Virus record (IMG/VR): IMGVR_UViG_3300042446_002028
Span: 8,785 to 72,784 of that record
Length of the DNA: 64,000 bases
Origin: a virus
Strand: one strand, 5' to 3'
In this document: in pieces, positions 63,055 to 64,000 of the stretch
Numbering within the stretch: position 1 is the first letter of the stretch
How the letters are laid out: each line of letters begins with the position of its first letter
Position numbers and translations under genes: made by a program
Notes under the pieces: generated by a model
The model's input: only the letters and a program-made list of their open reading frames with translations
What the model was told of the DNA's origin: nothing
Databases searched by the model: none

Positions 63055-64000
63055 ATGGCAGACCAAAATTTAACAATATTTCAAAGATTAACCAAAATCT
63101 TTGGCTATCAGGGACAAACACCACAACCGCCATCGTTTAATTTTTCTAAGGAAGAACTCCTTACGACTAGTGACCCGATGGAATATGAGCGTGAAAGATT
63201 GAAACTACAACAAAGCCAATATCTTTTTGATAAATGGGCTAAGGTTGATAATTCAATGTACAATCAATCGGTTTATTATGAGCCAAATAGAATAGCTGCA
63301 TATTATGATTTCGAATCAATGGAGTTTACACCAGAGGTATCAGCAGCATTAGACATTTATGCTGAGGAATCAACTACAATGTCTGAAAAAGGATTTATTT
63401 TAAACGTTTATTCAGAATCAAAAAGAGTTAAGAACATTTTAATTGATTTGTTTGAAAACAAATTAGATATCAACACAAATTTACAAATGTGGGCTAGAGG
63501 TATGTGTAAGTACGGTGATGATTTTGTTTATTTAAAAGTTGATCCAGAAAAAGGAATTATCGGTTGTCAACAATTGCCAAATATTGAAATAGAAAGAGTT
63601 GAAGGTTCTTTAGGTTTAACACCATCACAAAGAGATAGCAAATTACCGACTAAAGAATTAATGTTTAGATGGAAAAATCGTGACATGGAATTCCAAGCAT
63701 GGGAAATTGCTCACTTTAGAATTTTAGGTGATGATAGAAAACTACCTTATGGGACATCTATGTTGGATAAGATTAGAAGAATCTGGAAACAATTATTACT
63801 TGCTGAAGATGCTATGTTAATTTATAGAACATCTAGAGCCCCTGAAAGAAGGGTATTCAAAGTGTTCGTTGGTAATATGGATGACAAAGATATTGAACCA
63901 TACGTACAACGTGTTGCGAATAAATTCAAGAGAGACCAATCAGTAGATGCTAGAAACGGTCAAGTGGATATGAGATATAATCAAATGGCTGTTGACCAAG
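63055..64000 (+). CDS. Portal protein (T4 gp20-like), partial; continues beyond the window
   Basis: LLAEDAMLIYRTSRAPERRVFKVFVGNMDDKDIEPYVQRVANKFKR aligns by eye to T4 gp20 [46 protein letters not shown]. Confidence 0.8.
   Translation, partial: MADQNLTIFQRLTKIFGYQGQTPQPPSFNFSKEELLTTSDPMEYERERLKLQQSQYLFDKWAKVDNSMYNQSVYYEPNRIAAYYDFESMEFTPEVSAALDIYAEESTTMSEKGFILNVYSESKRVKNILIDLFENKLDINTNLQMWARGMCKYGDDFVYLKVDPEKGIIGCQQLPNIEIERVEGSLGLTPSQRDSKLPTKELMFRWKNRDMEFQAWEIAHFRILGDDRKLPYGTSMLDKIRRIWKQLLLAEDAMLIYRTSRAPERRVFKVFVGNMDDKDIEPYVQRVANKFKRDQSVDARNGQVDMRYNQMAVDQ

Overview
This 64 kb window is AT-rich (roughly 30% GC), densely coding phage DNA. The last two genes are a T4 gp17-like large terminase (61228-63006) and the start of a T4 gp20-like portal (63055-64000). 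I therefore read the window as the accessory and early-to-structural part of a T4-like myovirus genome. Bacteroidota-type signal peptides and lipoboxes, OMP-like C-terminal Phe residues, T9SS-CTD-like tails and no Shine-Dalgarno-rich starts point to a Bacteroidota (Flavobacteriia-like) host.

Main contents:
- **Glycan modification:** three neighbourhoods hold a GT-A glycosyltransferase, a sulfotransferase and two metal-dependent hydrolases (19260-22478), several predicted glycosyltransferases plus a TylF-like O-methyltransferase fusion (4955-11064), and a split HldE ADP-heptose pathway, a cupin, three SGNH-like paralogs, RmlC and an SDR epimerase (42283-49485).
- **RNA genes:** two minus-strand tRNA arrays (24088-25571 and 26675-28312) hold about 23 canonical tRNAs that, with two tentative members, cover all 20 amino acids. 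There are also three atypical tRNA-like elements and a tmRNA with its own terminator (18534-18944).
- **Candidate large ncRNA:** an ORF-free, GC-elevated region of about 0.95 kb (about 20745-21690) sits upstream of a minus-strand terminator.
- **RNA repair and housekeeping:** an RNA ligase plus a kinase-only Pnk (49852-51500), an SPFH/band-7 protein, a ClpC/ClpA-like double-AAA+ unfoldase with an IGF loop, an M42-like peptidase, a KTSC protein and a Pol-beta-fold nucleotidyltransferase.
- **Secreted and membrane module (29589-42225):** signal-peptide proteins carrying a C-type-lectin-like domain, a dockerin-like Ca-binding repeat and cohesin-like C-terminal domains, plus OMP-like beta-barrels, T9SS-CTD-like lipoproteins, a class-3 lipase and a FeoA-like protein.

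All functional calls are from motifs read by eye. No database search was run.
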